Assembly (NCBI GenBank): GCA_965197905.1
Contig: CBDAOB010000003.1
Location: forward strand, 864,001-928,000
DNA length: 64,000 nucleotides
From: Candidatus Latescibacterota bacterium
GTDB lineage: Bacteria > Latescibacterota > UBA2968 > UBA8231
Direction: 5' to 3'
Within the stretch, counting starts at the first letter, position 1. Each line of letters opens with the position of its first letter. Shown piece after piece: positions 63,296-64,000 of this stretch. The notes beneath the pieces were generated by a model. That model was not told where the DNA came from. It did no database searches and worked only from the letters and a program-made list of their open reading frames with translations. The translations under genes and the position numbers were made by a program.

Positions 63296-64000
63296 GTGAA
63301 GATTGTAGATCTCAAGATTCTTCCCATCAACTCGGACGTTTTCGTGCAGATCGTAACGGACGAAGGCCTGACCGGGATCGGAGACGGTTCGTTGAGCGGG
63401 CGCTCGCAAGCGGTGGTGGGTGCCCTGGAGCACATCCGGGAATATCTCATAGGACAGGATGCCACGCGTATCGAGCACATCTGGCAGGATATCTTTCGCG
63501 GTACCTTCTGGCGCGGTGGCCCGGTGCTGCAGTCGGCACTGGCCGGCATCGACATTGCACTCTGGGACCTGGCCGGCAAAGCACTTGGAGTTCCCACTTA
63601 CCGGCTGCTCGGAGGTGCCAGCCGCGACGGGGTGATGGCGTACCGACACACCGGGGGTGGTCCTCCCGAAGAGCTGATCGATGATGCCCACAGATTGATG
63701 GAAGAAGGATGGCGGGCCATTCGCATGTCTCCCATGCGAGGTTCCAAGCCGTTCAATCAGAAGGCAGCTACTAGACGCGGCATCGAACACATGGGCGCTT
63801 TGCGGCACGCCGTTGGCGATGATCTGGAAATCATCATGGAGGTGCACACGCGGTTGACGCCAACGCGCGCCATCGAACTCTGCAACGGCATCGAACCATT
63901 TCAGCCGTATTTCGTGGAGGACCCGATTCGCTCCGAGAACCCAGCATCGTTCCGTACCCTGCGGCAGCATACCAATGTGCCCATCGGCACCGGCGAGCAG
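63296..64000 (+). CDS. Galactonate dehydratase-like mandelate racemase/enolase family enzyme (partial, runs off right edge)
   Basis: AAGGAGG RBS plus GTG; VTDEGLTGIG, IEHIWQ..FRGTFWRGGPV..SALAGIDIALWDLAGK, EVH, VEDP, TGEQ. Confidence 0.88.
   Translation, partial: MKIVDLKILPINSDVFVQIVTDEGLTGIGDGSLSGRSQAVVGALEHIREYLIGQDATRIEHIWQDIFRGTFWRGGPVLQSALAGIDIALWDLAGKALGVPTYRLLGGASRDGVMAYRHTGGGPPEELIDDAHRLMEEGWRAIRMSPMRGSKPFNQKAATRRGIEHMGALRHAVGDDLEIIMEVHTRLTPTRAIELCNGIEPFQPYFVEDPIRSENPASFRTLRQHTNVPIGTGEQ

Noticed and set aside
1..64000. CRISPR arrays, rRNA/tRNA genes, prophage, transposases, recognisable defence systems
   Set aside because: No regularly spaced repeats or diagnostic motifs seen by eye; a dedicated scan was not run

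Overview
A 64 kb, GC-rich, gene-dense chromosomal region. The gene repertoire suggests, by inference only, an uncultured FCB-group bacterium such as Candidatus Latescibacterota: a FlgD/T9SS-like sorting domain, paralogous GH32-like propellers, GHL10-like TIM barrels, PhyH dioxygenases, DUF6785-like membrane proteins and a small Fis-like HTH. Most of the window is catabolic accessory genes, a soxBDAG sarcosine oxidase operon, galM, an ECF sigma/FecR/TonB-dependent receptor cassette and an RND permease. The standout is an ankyrin-repeat gene (53827-56522) split by a 749-nt ORF-less group II intron (55022-55770). The intron has a GUGCG start, an intact domain V, a domain VI with a bulged A, an AC end, and EBS1/EBS2 sequences complementary to the exon. 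Removing it restores one 648-aa reading frame. The same gene has a near-consensus sigma70 promoter and a ~130-nt multi-stem 5' leader. Three other genes carry single-base frameshifts (possibly sequencing errors), and one PEP/pyruvate-binding-domain-like gene is truncated. No rRNA, tRNA or CRISPR array was seen.
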